From positions 9,052,001-9,116,000 of the forward strand of contig JAQFVV010000002.1 in NCBI GenBank assembly GCA_028023455.1: a stretch of DNA of 64,000 nucleotides, given 5' to 3'. This DNA is from Epiperipatus broadwayi. Its lineage: Eukaryota; Animalia; Onychophora. A program made the translations under genes and the position numbers. Under the pieces are notes generated by a model. It was not told the origin of the DNA. It made no database searches and saw only the letters and a list, made by a program, of their open reading frames with translations. Positions 13,107-25,488 of the stretch are shown in pieces; positions within the stretch are counted from its first letter, which is position 1, and every line of letters starts with the position of its first letter.

Positions 13107-13200
13107 ATCATGCATTGGTGGCCGAATGGTTAGAACAGCTGTCTTACAAGCAGTTGTCCCGGTTTGCTTCCTGGATAATGCTTTGACACTTGAAAAAAAA
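13107..13200 (+). pseudogene. Retroposed tRNA-derived sequence (tRNA pseudogene or very short SINE) with poly(A) and 16-bp TSD
   Basis: A box TGGCCGAATGG (13119-13129) and decayed B box GGTTTGCTTCC (13161-13171). Acceptor-like GCATT...AATGC, then an A run. AATTACACATTTTGAT occurs at 13091-13106 and 13201-13216. Confidence 0.8.
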
Positions 13201-13589
13201 AATTACACATTTTGATCAGGATTAAATATAATTAAGATTCATTGCCCTCCCACACGTAAAAAACCTAGTTACAAAGATAATTAATTAATAAAAAAGTATC
13301 TCTAAACAATACAATTTAACAAAACCTTTGGAATTTGAAATTAAAAAGAAATAATTCCAAGTTTTAATGAAACCTTTCTTTCAAATTTTCCTTAATTAAA
13401 ACTGTTCAACAAGAAGGAACATAAAAGAAAACAGAATAGTCTATTTTAAAATTTTATTTATAATTTTGAATTTATATAAGCCTTCATTATTATTTATATT
13501 GCTATTTAAATTTTTAACTTACCCTAACATGTATGTACCAGTAAGTGAATGTCTTAGTTATATATAAATGTGTACTAACTCCTTATATT

Positions 13590-13725
13590 TTTTATTTTAA
13601 CTTATCTTATGTTTCTTTAAGTTATATTTAAGACCAAAAAAATTATAACAATTATTTCTTTGACTAATCTTGTATAATTCCATCTCTCTTAGGCTTATTT
13701 TACTAATCTACCATTACTGCAAATA
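13590..13725. repeat. Dispersed repeat copy 2 (see 5245-5375)
   Basis: Direct-orientation similarity to 5245-5375. Confidence 0.7.
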
Positions 13726-16700
13726 AACCAATTGCTTCAGTATGAACAAATCAGTTGATTCGAAAGATTATTATAAGTCAGTCAATAGTTGTTTCAAACA
13801 TTTACATACAATAATTGTATTTTTAAAATTTGAATACAACATTCACTTAATAAAATTTAATTTAGCTTGTGAATTATTTTTATGTTCTATTAGCAATTAA
13901 CTATTGTTGTATTTGGTTAAATGCATTTTTTGCAATGAATTGTTAGTTCAATTTAATTCTGCTTATGGATAGTTTAAAATTTGATTGTGTATGTTACATT
14001 CTAAGATCTCTTCTGCAAGTCAGGTGAAATAACCAGGCAAAATAGTATATCATCATCGTTAATTTGCTGCTGTTTAAAGAATATTATAAAACAATAAAAT
14101 TACACGACCAGAATTGTTTGGGGGGGGGGGGGATCTTCTGAAAAAAAAACTGCATTTTTTTCCCCTAGAAGAATGTTTATAAATATATAAAATAAAAAGT
14201 TAACTCTGTAATTTTTGCCTATCATTGATTTATCTTAATTGTTATTTTATATAATTTGAACATTACCTATAAATATTTGTTGTTTTTTTTTAATTTTAAA
14301 TGTCTGGGTATGTATACGAATGTGTGTTAATGTAATAGTGGAATGTAAAAAAAAAAAACGTGTTAAAAACTCAAAGATAAGATGTAGTAATACTAAAAAG
14401 ACAAAGTTAAAAAAAGATTATTTGTTAAGATGTGCAAGATGAAATGAATAACATAAATGAACTTTAAAGCATGAAAGAAAGTAAAAAACAAGTTGATAAA
14501 TGAACTTAAGATAAGAGCTAAATATAAATATTTGAAGAGAACAAAAGTTAAGATGAGTAGTGTTGGATGACGTGTAGGAAAACATTTATACATAAGTAAA
14601 GGAAAATAAAGTTAATCTTTAATTTCCCCTAAACTTTGATATAAATAATAAATATAGATGACTAAAATGCTTTAATATTTTCAATTTAAAATACTTGTAT
14701 TCTATGTGTAAAAATATTCTTGATTGACTGTCATCACATTCTTACTACGTCATTTTAAAAACATTTAAATTCTCCACTTCACTTTTAACACGTACATTCT
14801 TTAATTTATGATGATTTGAATTGCTGCTCTGTTTAAGTGATGTCATTATGTGATATTTGTTTACATTTGTCTCTTTAAATTATTGCTATAATACATTTTG
14901 AACAGAAGCACAATGTCAGATATTTTGAATCTCTCTCATTTTTTTTTTTTTTTGTAATTTAAAAAAAAAAAAATGTATATTTTTTTTTCATTAATTACAT
15001 AATAAACCGAAAAGACTTTTATTAAACTGAGAAAAAAATAATAATCTAATTTAAGTTAATGTGAGAATAAAAAAAAACAACAATTCATATGTTAAAATAT
15101 TAACATTTTAATTATCTATAGAAAAAAAATATTATTTTTTTCAAAAGTAACTTTATTGCCTATGAATACAAGGAATAAATAGTAGTGCAAATACAAAGTG
15201 AAAAATTAAACAAATTGTTTTGAATTATGATGAGCGTTCCGACAGTTTGAGCAACACACACTCTTTTCAACAATCTTGTCATTTTTCTAAAATTGAGTTT
15301 GACATCTTTATTTAACAAAATATGAGCAGGGAAACAATACACATTCTCCAGCCTTCCAACCATTATGGGAGGGCTAATCCTTTGGCTATCAATCGCCCTA
15401 AACGGGCACACCTAACCATGGCCAGAGTCGTCTTAGTGGCTTATGTATAGTGACTCTCGGACAGACCGTGAAGGAGGCCCCCCAGCGCTGAAGCAAAAAC
15501 TATTTTGGAGAATAATATATATAAACTGAATATGGGTTAATTTAAATATGAAAAGGAAGCTTAAGTTTATTTGATTGATTTGGAAAAAGAAAATAACAAA
15601 GAGTTTCCATACATTTTTTTTTTAATCTTGAGCAGTTTTGCTCAATCATGTGGGAGGACATCTTAGTGCATCGTAGTATTTCGATTTGATCAACATGTCA
15701 TTCGACATATCACTTTATTGCTGAAGCATTAGTTGATTTCTTGAACAATGGACCATGTAAAAATAAATAATATCATTCTTTCAATTCATCATTATTTATT
15801 AAATATTCAGCCTTGTTTTTCTATCTCCATTAATCTCTTTAACCAATTAGTTGCTTTTCTTCCATTTCAATTATTCATCTATTTTCCTCTTATTATTTAT
15901 TTACAAGTTAATACTGTTTAAGGCTAGATAGGTAAATAACATAAATACATGAAAGCAGACAACACAATAACGATCAACTATCTCAATCTTTTAAGAGGTT
16001 GCCTTAACAGATTGACATAGTTGATTGTTATTGATATTGGTATTGCTTAAGTGTTGATGCCTTTCAATTATATACCAAGCAATTTATTTTTCTGTTATGA
16101 TATGCACATTTGTATATATAATGATGTTCCAAAGCCATTATATAAATAACTCAACAAACATTCACTAAATTTTCAAGAATTTTGTAAAAAATTTAAACAT
16201 GGTTACAGTTAATTAAAATTGCATTAAGTTGTTAACTAAAATAAATTATATATTATAAATATATTATTATATTGAGAGATTATTTGATATAATAAAACTT
16301 TAATAAATCTTAAACAGGCATTGGCACAATGGCTATAATTAGTAATGTACTTAGTAAAGAATATATTTTAGAACATATTTAACTTAGCAATATACATCTT
16401 ATATAACATCAAAAATAATGTTGAAAGTGTTTCAAATTGTAATCTTTGATTTATTAAAAGTGTTTACTTGGTGGTAATAATGTGGAGAACACTGGTTGAG
16501 ACATTGTGATCTCTGTTGAGATGGTATACTGATAATGCAGAGAAGAAAGTATGATTCTCGTAACTTAATTTACAATTTGCTATGGATCCATGTTTTTATA
16601 TATCCACATAAGCTATAACTATTCTATACTTTGATAATAGATTCATAATGAATAAAATAATAAATACAGTTCTCAGGGTTATTCAATAATGTGTTTACTC

Positions 16701-17949
16701 TTAGTCTTTTTCTGTTTTATTAGTAAAAAATTTTGTAACTAAATTGTTTCTTACTATAAAAACTAATTAAGAGTAACTCAATTTGTGTTTTTTAACTAAG
16801 GCTAGCAATTTTAAATATAAAGCCGATTAATGATTCATCTCAGGGTTTTATAAAGTAAGAAAATAAATGCATGGATATAAAGGGTGTTTATGAATTTTAG
16901 AATACGACAATGTAAAAGGCATTTTATGTACATCATCTTACTCAATACTTTTATATTTCAGATAGCATCAATTCAATAATGATATGTTTAATCCAAATAG
17001 ATTTTATGTGTAATCATATATTTATATGTGGACCTTTATATCATGAATATGCAGTAATGATGTTTCTTTAATAATGATAAAAGATAAATATTAAAAATTA
17101 ACAATATAAAATAAATGATAAAAATGAATAATAACAATAAGAAAATTATATAAAATATCTAATAAATATTATTATTTGTTTCCTAACTCTAATTTGAACT
17201 TGGAATAACAAAAGTATGTTATCAGACAGTGTTGTGAAGACCCTAACAGTAAATAGGAATAATTTGTTTATTATTTTAAAAAAAATACTCAATACAAATA
17301 CTGAAAGACAATAATCATCATCATAATGATCAGTAATTCTTAATTAGTTTGTTTCATTATTAATCAACCCCATTTAATAATGCTGGGGAAATCGTTACTC
17401 TTTTAAGAAAAGCAAGTACAAATCGTTGCTTAGCAAAACTAGATGATATTTACCACATTGCTCTTATTTATTTTGCTTCAGTATTCTTTACTGGATTCAT
17501 TTGCAGGCTTAAATATTAGAAGTGCTACTCCATTAATAAAATATAATTAGATCATTAGGATGCCTTGTTACACAACAGTGAGAAATTAACACTAACATGT
17601 AAGAGTGATGCATAAAATATTCCTTATAGATCTAAATAAGGATGATTAACTGCATTTAACTTTGAGGTTGAAACTTAAGAACTCATAAAACATAAACTTT
17701 AATACTAATTAATATCTTCTCTAATTAACAATTATATATTTTACATATAGTGAGAAGTAAAGCTATATTTAAAACATATAATTGTAATATAGACTAATTT
17801 TATATATGTTTAATAGTTACTTAAATTTATACAACCTAAACCTAAAGTAAATCACATTTAATCTCATTCAATATCACTAAGAATAATATTAAATAAAATA
17901 TTACTTGTATATGGCATAGTAATATCTCAGAAACTTTATTGCCTTAGTA

Positions 17950-19270
17950 ATAATAATAACAATAACAACAACTAACTAACCAAGAAAGAAATTATTATGA
18001 GAAAGTGCATTAAATTATCCTCCAACAGTTGTGACAATTTAAAATTATCCTAATGAAATATTAATTCTTGAAAAATATTTCAAAGTCTTGGAATTTACAA
18101 ACAATTTTAAAATAACAGCATCACAGATTATGTAAATCATAAATAATTTTATTTTGTAATAAAATCCTTTCTGGAACAAAACAAAAATTAATAAATTTCA
18201 CTTAGCATATTTGTTAATCCAAGGTAATCTATATTTAATGCAATAACCTGTTTTTAATATTGCTTATAACATTTATCATATGCAAGACTTGCCTTGATAA
18301 TCCATAATTTATGAGTGACATTTTAATATTTAGCTTTCCTAATCCATTATTCATTGAATAGTATTCAAATATTTTGCATTAAAAAATATCTACAGCATTT
18401 GTTTAAGCATTGGATACAAATTAATAGTTTATTACATGCAGAAATTTAATTTCATTTGAATCGATGTTATAATTTTATCCAAAGAATTAGCATTCGATAA
18501 TTCTTTAATTTGAGATAAATAATTACTCTATTCACTTATAAATCTTTAATTCTTGATACTAATGGTTCTGATCATATATTTAATAAAGCAAATAGTTCAT
18601 CATTTACGACAAAACGATTTTCATTACTTTTGAATCAAAGTTCATTTTTCTAAGTGACAAGTTTATGGAGAAACATTTGACTTTTAAAAAAATTCTTGTT
18701 TAAGTTTTTTCCTTACATAATTAAATATGAGATAATTCACAACATTGAGACAAATATGCATCCTTTCTTGTAGTGAAGAAAACAATTATTTTTACAATAA
18801 TTTGAAAATAAACATCAGCTACTTATTTGAAGTTAATATAATTTTCCAAATCTATCAATGATATATCATTACTTTCAATTGAAGAAATCCAGTGATTTAT
18901 TGTTGAAATAGTGAGACAGAATTTTATAAATTAATTTGTCTATTTTTCCACTGATAGTTGACTGTAATAAATGAAATTTCTTGAAATAAAGAATTAATAA
19001 ATAATGGGTTTTGGTTTATCTGTCATTGTTCATCTTTTCATAATTTGATGAAAAATCATTTTTAACCAGCAGAGGCAAGTGCCTAGACAAGTTAATCTAG
19101 CCACTTATCATGTAGATGGCAAACAAGATGGTTGTTTCAAAATTTGAATCTGTTTAGGTCTTGAATGTAATAAAAATTTGTGAAGACTCTCTGAATTTTC
19201 CAAACTTCAGCTTTTATACCAGTTATCACATGATATCTGGATTACAGAATATTCTGCATCCTGCATTGAA
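17950..19270 (-). mobile_element. Decayed gypsy-like pol segment, copy 1
   Basis: Reverse complement aligns by eye with 29995-31315. Shared blocks include AGTCTTCACAAA-TTTTATT, TTCTTCACT-CAA-AA, TTTGTCTCAATGTT, GAATGCTAAT-CTTTGGATA, TTGGATTAA-AAAT-TG and the terminal TAGTTAGTTGTTGTT simple repeat. Confidence 0.6.
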
Positions 19271-20515
19271 GTTTCTTGGTTTGTCCATGAAATATTGGAA
19301 GATATCATTTATATGCTAAGATATATGAACAACTTTAAAAATGATGGGGGAAAAGAATAATTTCAATTTTTAGTTGTGGGTTTAAAAATAATATTACAAG
19401 TATTTATTTAACATAAATGAATTATAAAACTATAAAGTTCTCAGGAATTTATTTCAATTAATTTTAAATCAACCTATTAATAAATAATTTATTGTTTACT
19501 AAATATTCTAGAAACTAAATCAATTTTTGCTAAATAAAATCTAAATACGCAAGCTTCTGTGCACATGCACAAAATATAAGTGTAAGAGCTGTTTATTCTG
19601 CACATAAATAAAAGTTTAATCTAAATATAAATGCTTTAACTCAAAATATTTTAGAGTTGCAAATATTAAATTTCTAATTTTATTCTTTATTTCTGTATAA
19701 AATTTGTTGTTTTATGTGTGTGAGCAGTTCTATCTGTTTGTACCATTTGATATCTTTGTTCCTTAACAAGAACAATGACAAAATATATCTGACATACATA
19801 TTTTATACTAGCATAAATAATAAAATCTGTTTGGAAAGCAATTCAAAAATGCTTTATAAAATTGCATAATTTCTCATAAACATTATTATAGAAGAGATTA
19901 TTAAACATGATATTGATTATATTCTATACTATACACCAAATGAAGGTGATAAATATACTTGCTTAACTATAAAAATTAAAGCCAATAAAATATTTACGGT
20001 TTTACATTTATAATAGCCAATTTGCAGTGATACTATGTTACAATATATATCATTTAAATTATACAATATGAAATCTATTTTTTTGGATTGTGTAAATAAT
20101 AATACAAAAATGTTTAATTTCTGAAATCTTCAAAAAGCTAAATATATATCTGGTGCTTTTTTGCATTTGAAATGTTAAAGTTAAAAATTATTCCAGTTTA
20201 ATGAGCATAAATTATACCAAAATTGTTTAAAAATAGGTCAAATAGATGACAATTTATTGAGAAAAAACAGTTAGGATATAGTTCTAATTGTTAAATTATA
20301 AAGAATTGTAGCCAGATAATGATTGAGAATGCAAAAGCTAATCAAACCTTGATGAAACATTTGTGGATATTAAATGATAGTACAAAATTTAAAAATATTT
20401 TATTATTTGAAATTATTACAATTACTGTAATTCAGTAAAGGTTATAGCAAATATTTATATATATAAATATTTAGGAATTTGGTTTAAATTACACAATAAG
20501 TATATATTTATTTAA

Positions 20516-20951
20516 AATACAAGGAATAAATCCTTTATGTTGCTTATTCAAATTAAAAATAAATCATAGATATAATAAAATATCTTTACTAACAACAAAA
20601 TGATATATAACAATAGCTGTAATATATCATATAATCATCACAAATAAAACATATAAAAGCTCTTTTCGGCAAATTTTAAATTTTTGCCCTTTTCAATATG
20701 GCTTAATTACAAAAATAACCTATACTGCATACATTATGGGCTTGTGTTAATTTTATATAGAGCCAGTAGATGTCACTATGTATGCAGTAGAGGTTATTTT
20801 CGTAATTAAGCCATATTGAAAAGGGCAAAAATTTAAAATTTGCCGACAAGAGCTTTTATATGTTTTATTTGTGATGATTATATGACTATATTACAGCTAT
20901 TGTTATATATCATTTTGTTGTTAGTAAAGATATTTTATTATATCTATGATT
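20516..20951. mobile_element. Foldback element E: ~175-bp arms (20560-20734 / 20778-20951), left tail 20516-20559, 13-bp TSD
   Basis: Near-perfect inverted arms around a 43-nt loop. TATATTTATTTAA occurs at 20503-20515 and 20952-20964. Confidence 0.85.
20650..20701 (-). ncRNA. Type-I hammerhead-like motif with U3-A8 core
   Basis: CCATA-TTGAAAA-G-GGCAAA(AATTTAAAA)TTTGCC-GAAA-AGAGCTTT-TA^TATG. It has a 6-bp stem II, a self-complementary stem III and one extra G. The mirror copy at 20811-20862 has GACA instead of GAAA. Confidence 0.6.
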
Positions 20952-22292
20952 TATATTTATTTAACTATTTTTTTAAGCAAGCTTGTTATTAAAAATTTAT
21001 CACCATGCTCTGTATACATATACTCACTCAGAAATTTTAATATTTTTATTATTCAATTTATTCAGAAAAAAATATTAAAAATGAATGAAACATTTAAATT
21101 TAGATATATTAAAGTTTGTTATAACCGATAATTGTTTCAACAAAGTTGTCCATAGCTTAGCACAGCACTCTGACAGTATGATGATCACAAAAAAACCCTC
21201 ACATTTTTTTAGAAAGAAAATGATGCAAAGAAACCCCATATAACAGAATCACTATATTGGATGAAGAAACATTAATAATAATTTTAATCATACAGAAAAT
21301 TATCTTAATTTGCAATGAAGCTAGATTGTAAAGAATTATTAATATATGATCACACAAAAAAAAATCTCATGATTTTAATTAGATTATTATTGAAAGTTTT
21401 CAAATAAGTTTTGTATATTTTTAATAAAAAATTGATATTAATGATTTTGTATTAATATTTGATAAAATTATTTTTTATATATAATACTATAAAATCTTTA
21501 CAGAAATTTAAAATTACAATGCCGAATTGGTTCTCAAATGGTTAACATCAATGTAGCCCGAGTTCAGTAAAAACATAAACAATAGTAAACAAACAATTAA
21601 ACAAAAAATATTATACAAAATACAAAACTAGTAAAAAACCGAGATAATTTTGAGATACATACAACTTTTAATATTGAACCATTAATAAAATGTCTGCAGG
21701 TCATTTATTAACTATAATAAAGGGACTATAATACAAGAACTTAAGAATATATATTTATATGATAACCCAATCATTTTTGGTGCATTGTAAGTTTTATTAT
21801 CAAATAAAATGTATAGCATGCTTCCCACATTGTTTTGAGATTATGAAAACAATGAAACATTATCTGATTAAACATTTTAACATAATGGCATATCAGCACT
21901 TTGATATTGATTATTTAATTACAAATGCCTCACCTATCTGGATTATACAAAGTATTTACATATCATTTATATTTTGGAATCTTCTTGAATAGGATTTATG
22001 AAAAATCAAAATTGAACTTAAATAAAGAGATTAGAAATAATTAATTGGAACAATACTTTGTAGAAAATTAAATAAGAATTTTAGTTAAAAATTGTGGCAC
22101 ATAAAGATTTTTATATGTGTCTCAACTTTTAACAGTAGGAAGTGGGATTCAAAGATTTTTCTGTGAGTATATGAATTTCTTCATATAGCTATAAAAACAC
22201 TTGTCAGAATAACTAATATTTAGTTCATTAATTGACTACACTCAAAAGAAAAATCTGAAAATATTTTTTTTACACTATACATTAATAAAGTG

Positions 22293-22840
22293 ATTACATT
22301 CGAATATCAGCCTTTCAAGCTAATTGTGCAAATGCTTACTTCAGATTTGCTCATATATAAATATTTGAGTCGCAGGAATAAGAGGATTCCTTTTTATTCC
22401 TGTATAAATACTATATCTTGTATTGGTCAGAAAGTATTCATTTATTATTAGCACTCGCAAAGCGTTTGCACAATTAGCTTGAAAGGCTGATATTCGAATG
22501 TAATTACAATTGTATACAGACGCTATAAAAATAAATGCTTATTTATATATATGATTAAGTTTCAGTTGGAATGACGTTTAGTAAATTCTAGACAATTTCA
22601 TCGATGTCATTCATTCAGACATTGTATATAGTAATTTAAAGTGTCTGTTCTATTGTCACACTTTCTGTGCCATACTTCAGATTTGCTCATATATAAATAT
22701 TTGAGTCGCAGGAATAAGAGGATTCCTTTTTATTCCTGTATAAATACTATATCTTGTATTGGTCAGAAAGTATTCATTTATTATTAGCACTCGCAAGGCG
22801 TTTGCACAATTAGCTTGAAAGGCTGATATTCGAATGTAAT
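22293..22840 (+). mobile_element. Element H: 45-bp inverted piece, then 168-bp unit, spacer and 168-bp unit (period 336), with 10-bp TSD
   Basis: 22337-22504 is almost identical to 22673-22840, and 22293-22336 is the reverse complement of the unit end. TAATAAAGTG occurs at 22283-22292 and 22841-22850. CpGs are retained, suggesting a young copy. Confidence 0.9.
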
Positions 22841-23470
22841 TAATAAAGTGAATAAATTAATTGGAGCTAATATAGTTTTTTAAAAAAAATGTTTATAATG
22901 TAGCAATATACATTCTAATTCTGATGAAGATTAAAAATTGTTTGAATATATTAACTTCACATAATATGAAAACTCTAAATGTATGATTTGTTCAATTATT
23001 TTAAATTATGCATTGATATTCATTATACACATACACAAAGTGTAGTGATCAAGTAGAATACAAAAAAATGACATTAATAATTTGAATGTTCATAATATTG
23101 AATCATAGTCTTTAAGAAAATGACTTCTAATAATAATTTTGACAAGTAATATTTGATTCAAATAAAAATTTAATTTTGTATTTTGTTAATCATCATCATT
23201 AAATAATCAATATTTCCATCAATAAAGTTCTGAAAATAATTTCAATAAAAATACTATGCAAAATTTTACATTTGCTTAAAACAGTTAAATAATGTCAAAT
23301 TATTATTGTTACTTTTTAAAATAAATATGCAATTAAATTACAAAATAATATTGTTTTCATAAGAATTAATAATTTTTATATAACAGTAAAAAATACATTT
23401 TGATCTGAAGCTAAATTCTACTATTAAAGTGGTCATAAAAGTGTTACCAGTCATGATGAAATTAAATGTA

Positions 23471-23968
23471 TTGATAAAAAAAATAAAGTCAGGTATCACA
23501 TGACCTAATTTTAATAAAGCTCGTATTTACAAATATTATATATAGAGCCTTCAAAACAAGCTTTGAGAATATCCTCACCCCCAGACTGATTTCTGCATCT
23601 AGCATCATTCTTAAGGTGCCAGGATATTCATTAGATTAAAAATACTAGGACAAGTCCAGCACTTTATTTAATATCTAACTATTGAGAAGAAAATCTGAAA
23701 CTTTCAGACATCCATATGTCTAAAAATTAGTTCAGTCCCATATGGCTATTTGAGTTAGATAGCTGGTTTTTTAGACATATGGATGTCTGAAAGTTTCAGA
23801 TTTTCTTCTCAATAGTTAGATATTAAATAAAGTGCTGGGCTTGTCCTAGTATTTTTAATCTAATGACTATTCTGGTACCTCATTGACAATGCTAGATGCA
23901 AAAACTGGTCTGGGGTTGAGGATATTCTCAAAGCTTGTTAAGAGCTTGTTTTGCAGGCTCTATATATA
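23471..23968. mobile_element. Foldback element F: ~190-bp arms (23536-23726 / 23767-23968) with hammerhead motifs; left tail and TSD tentative
   Basis: Long inverted arms with a 13-bp duplication in the right arm. Possible TSD AAATTAA(T)ATGTA at 23459-23470 / 23969-23981. Confidence 0.8.
23877..23916 (+). ncRNA. Degenerate minimal type-I hammerhead motif
   Basis: ACCTCA-TTGACAA-TGCTAGATGCA-AAAA-CTGGTC^TGGGGT. The mirror arm (23578-23617, minus) keeps ...ATGA and GAAA, so the two-arm consensus is close to canonical. Confidence 0.65.
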
Positions 23969-24006
23969 AAATTAATATGTAATATTTTTGGATAAATTTT
24001 TCACAA

Positions 24007-25488
24007 CCCTTTGAGACCGAAAACCGCTTTTTTACGCATTAAAAAAAGTTTACAATTTCGACCGCAATAGCGTGCAAACCGTATACGTCACAGTTACGCT
24101 TTTTTTTTCTTTCTCTCCGCCATTTTTCTATCTTTTTGTACGTCTAAAAATTTTTTCTGTGCGATGAAAATTAGATTTTTTATAGCAATTTTTGTAAAGT
24201 ACATTATTAAAATTTTGTAAATTTTTTTATCTTTCTAGATTTTATCAACGGATAAAAAAAATATATGGAGAAAACAATTATTTTCGCCGCTGAACGTAAT
24301 TATCATTCTAACGAACTTTTCTGTTGATGTGTTTGATTTTGAGGTTTCGTATTCCCCATTACCCGTAAGTATTCATCATCATCTGATATATAATAATTGC
24401 TTGTAATTCCTTTGGGTTATTTATTTTATTTTATTTACTGTTTTTATACATTTCATTGTAGATAAGTTTTTATTCATTTTATAGCATACTTTGCTATTAT
24501 GGTTTGCTATGTAATAATGCATAATTTAGCTCACCCTTACCCTCATGATATTCCAATAATATAGTAATTATTTTTTACATGCATAACTTAGAATTTACTA
24601 CGTTTTTATTCATTTCATTGTAGATAACTTTTTATTCATTTTATAGCATACTTTGCAGATAAGTTTTTATTCATTTTATAGCATACTTTGCTATTATGGT
24701 TTGCTATGTAATAATGCATAATTTAGCTCACCCTTACCCTCATGATATTCCAATAATGTAGTAATTATTTTTTACATGCATAACTTAGAATTTACTACGT
24801 TTTTATTCATTTCATTGTAGATAACTTTTTATTCATTTGAGAGCATACTTTGCTATCATGGTTTCCTATGTAATAATGCATAATTTAGCCCATGATTTTT
24901 CAATAATATAGTAATTATTTTTTATCCCCATAACTTACACTTTACTAAAGTTACTACTGTTATTTTTTTTTTGATCCACACTAAAACCTTGCATTTCTAA
25001 TCCACACAAAACCTTGCATTTCTAATAGATATCCTGCATAGAGGGCCTAGAAAAACAACTGCTTGCAAGAATAGAACATACAGGGTGTCAAGCAGAAAAA
25101 CGAAATTGAAATGGTCACCTTTTGCCACATTACACCAACAATCTGTAACTCAGGTAGGTCATGTTATATATTATTTTTTTCTGCATTTTATGACGAATGT
25201 GATGAAGCTGTCTATGAAATTGTCATTTTAGGCTATACCTTTCAAAATTGAGAGTTTGTGAACCAATGTAAAAATAAAGATTTTAAAAATGTGAAAAATA
25301 TCATTTTTTTTTAATTATTTTTTGTGGTAATGACTACTTTATCAGCTTTATAACATTCTTTCATATTTGCACTTTATAAAAATGTATATATATATTTATT
25401 TATTGTAATAAATTAGACATTTTATTTAAAATTGTAGGTCCTGTAATTTTTTTTGGGAATTAAAAATGGCCGTTCAGGTCTCTATGGG
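24007..25488. mobile_element. piggyBac-like non-autonomous element (tentative pairing of ends)
   Basis: Left end CCCTTTGAGACC and right end GGTCTCTATGGG match 10/12 as inverted repeats, and the right end is followed by TTAA. The left flank is ACAA, not TTAA. The left part retains CpGs. Confidence 0.5.
24440..24950 (+). repeat. Tandem array of ~160-bp units (about 3 copies plus a ~36-bp partial)
   Basis: Repeated TAGATAA(G/C)TTTTTATTCATTTTATAGCATACTTTGC...GCATAACTTAGAATTTACTACG. Confidence 0.9.

Noticed and set aside
21528-21546. Solo piggyBac-like ends (GGTTCTCAAATGGTTAA here; TTAACCCTTT near 57625)
   Set aside because: No partner terminus was found, and the motifs are too short to support an element.
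22586-22622. Hammerhead-like CTGAATGA...GAAA-TTGTC on the minus strand of the H spacer (and G loop)
   Set aside because: The core has an extra base, proximal stem I does not pair, and its orientation is opposite to that of the other elements. It is conserved but not callable as a ribozyme.
24440-24950. CRISPR-like array
   Set aside because: Units repeat along their whole length with no unique spacers, the context is eukaryotic, and there are no cas genes.
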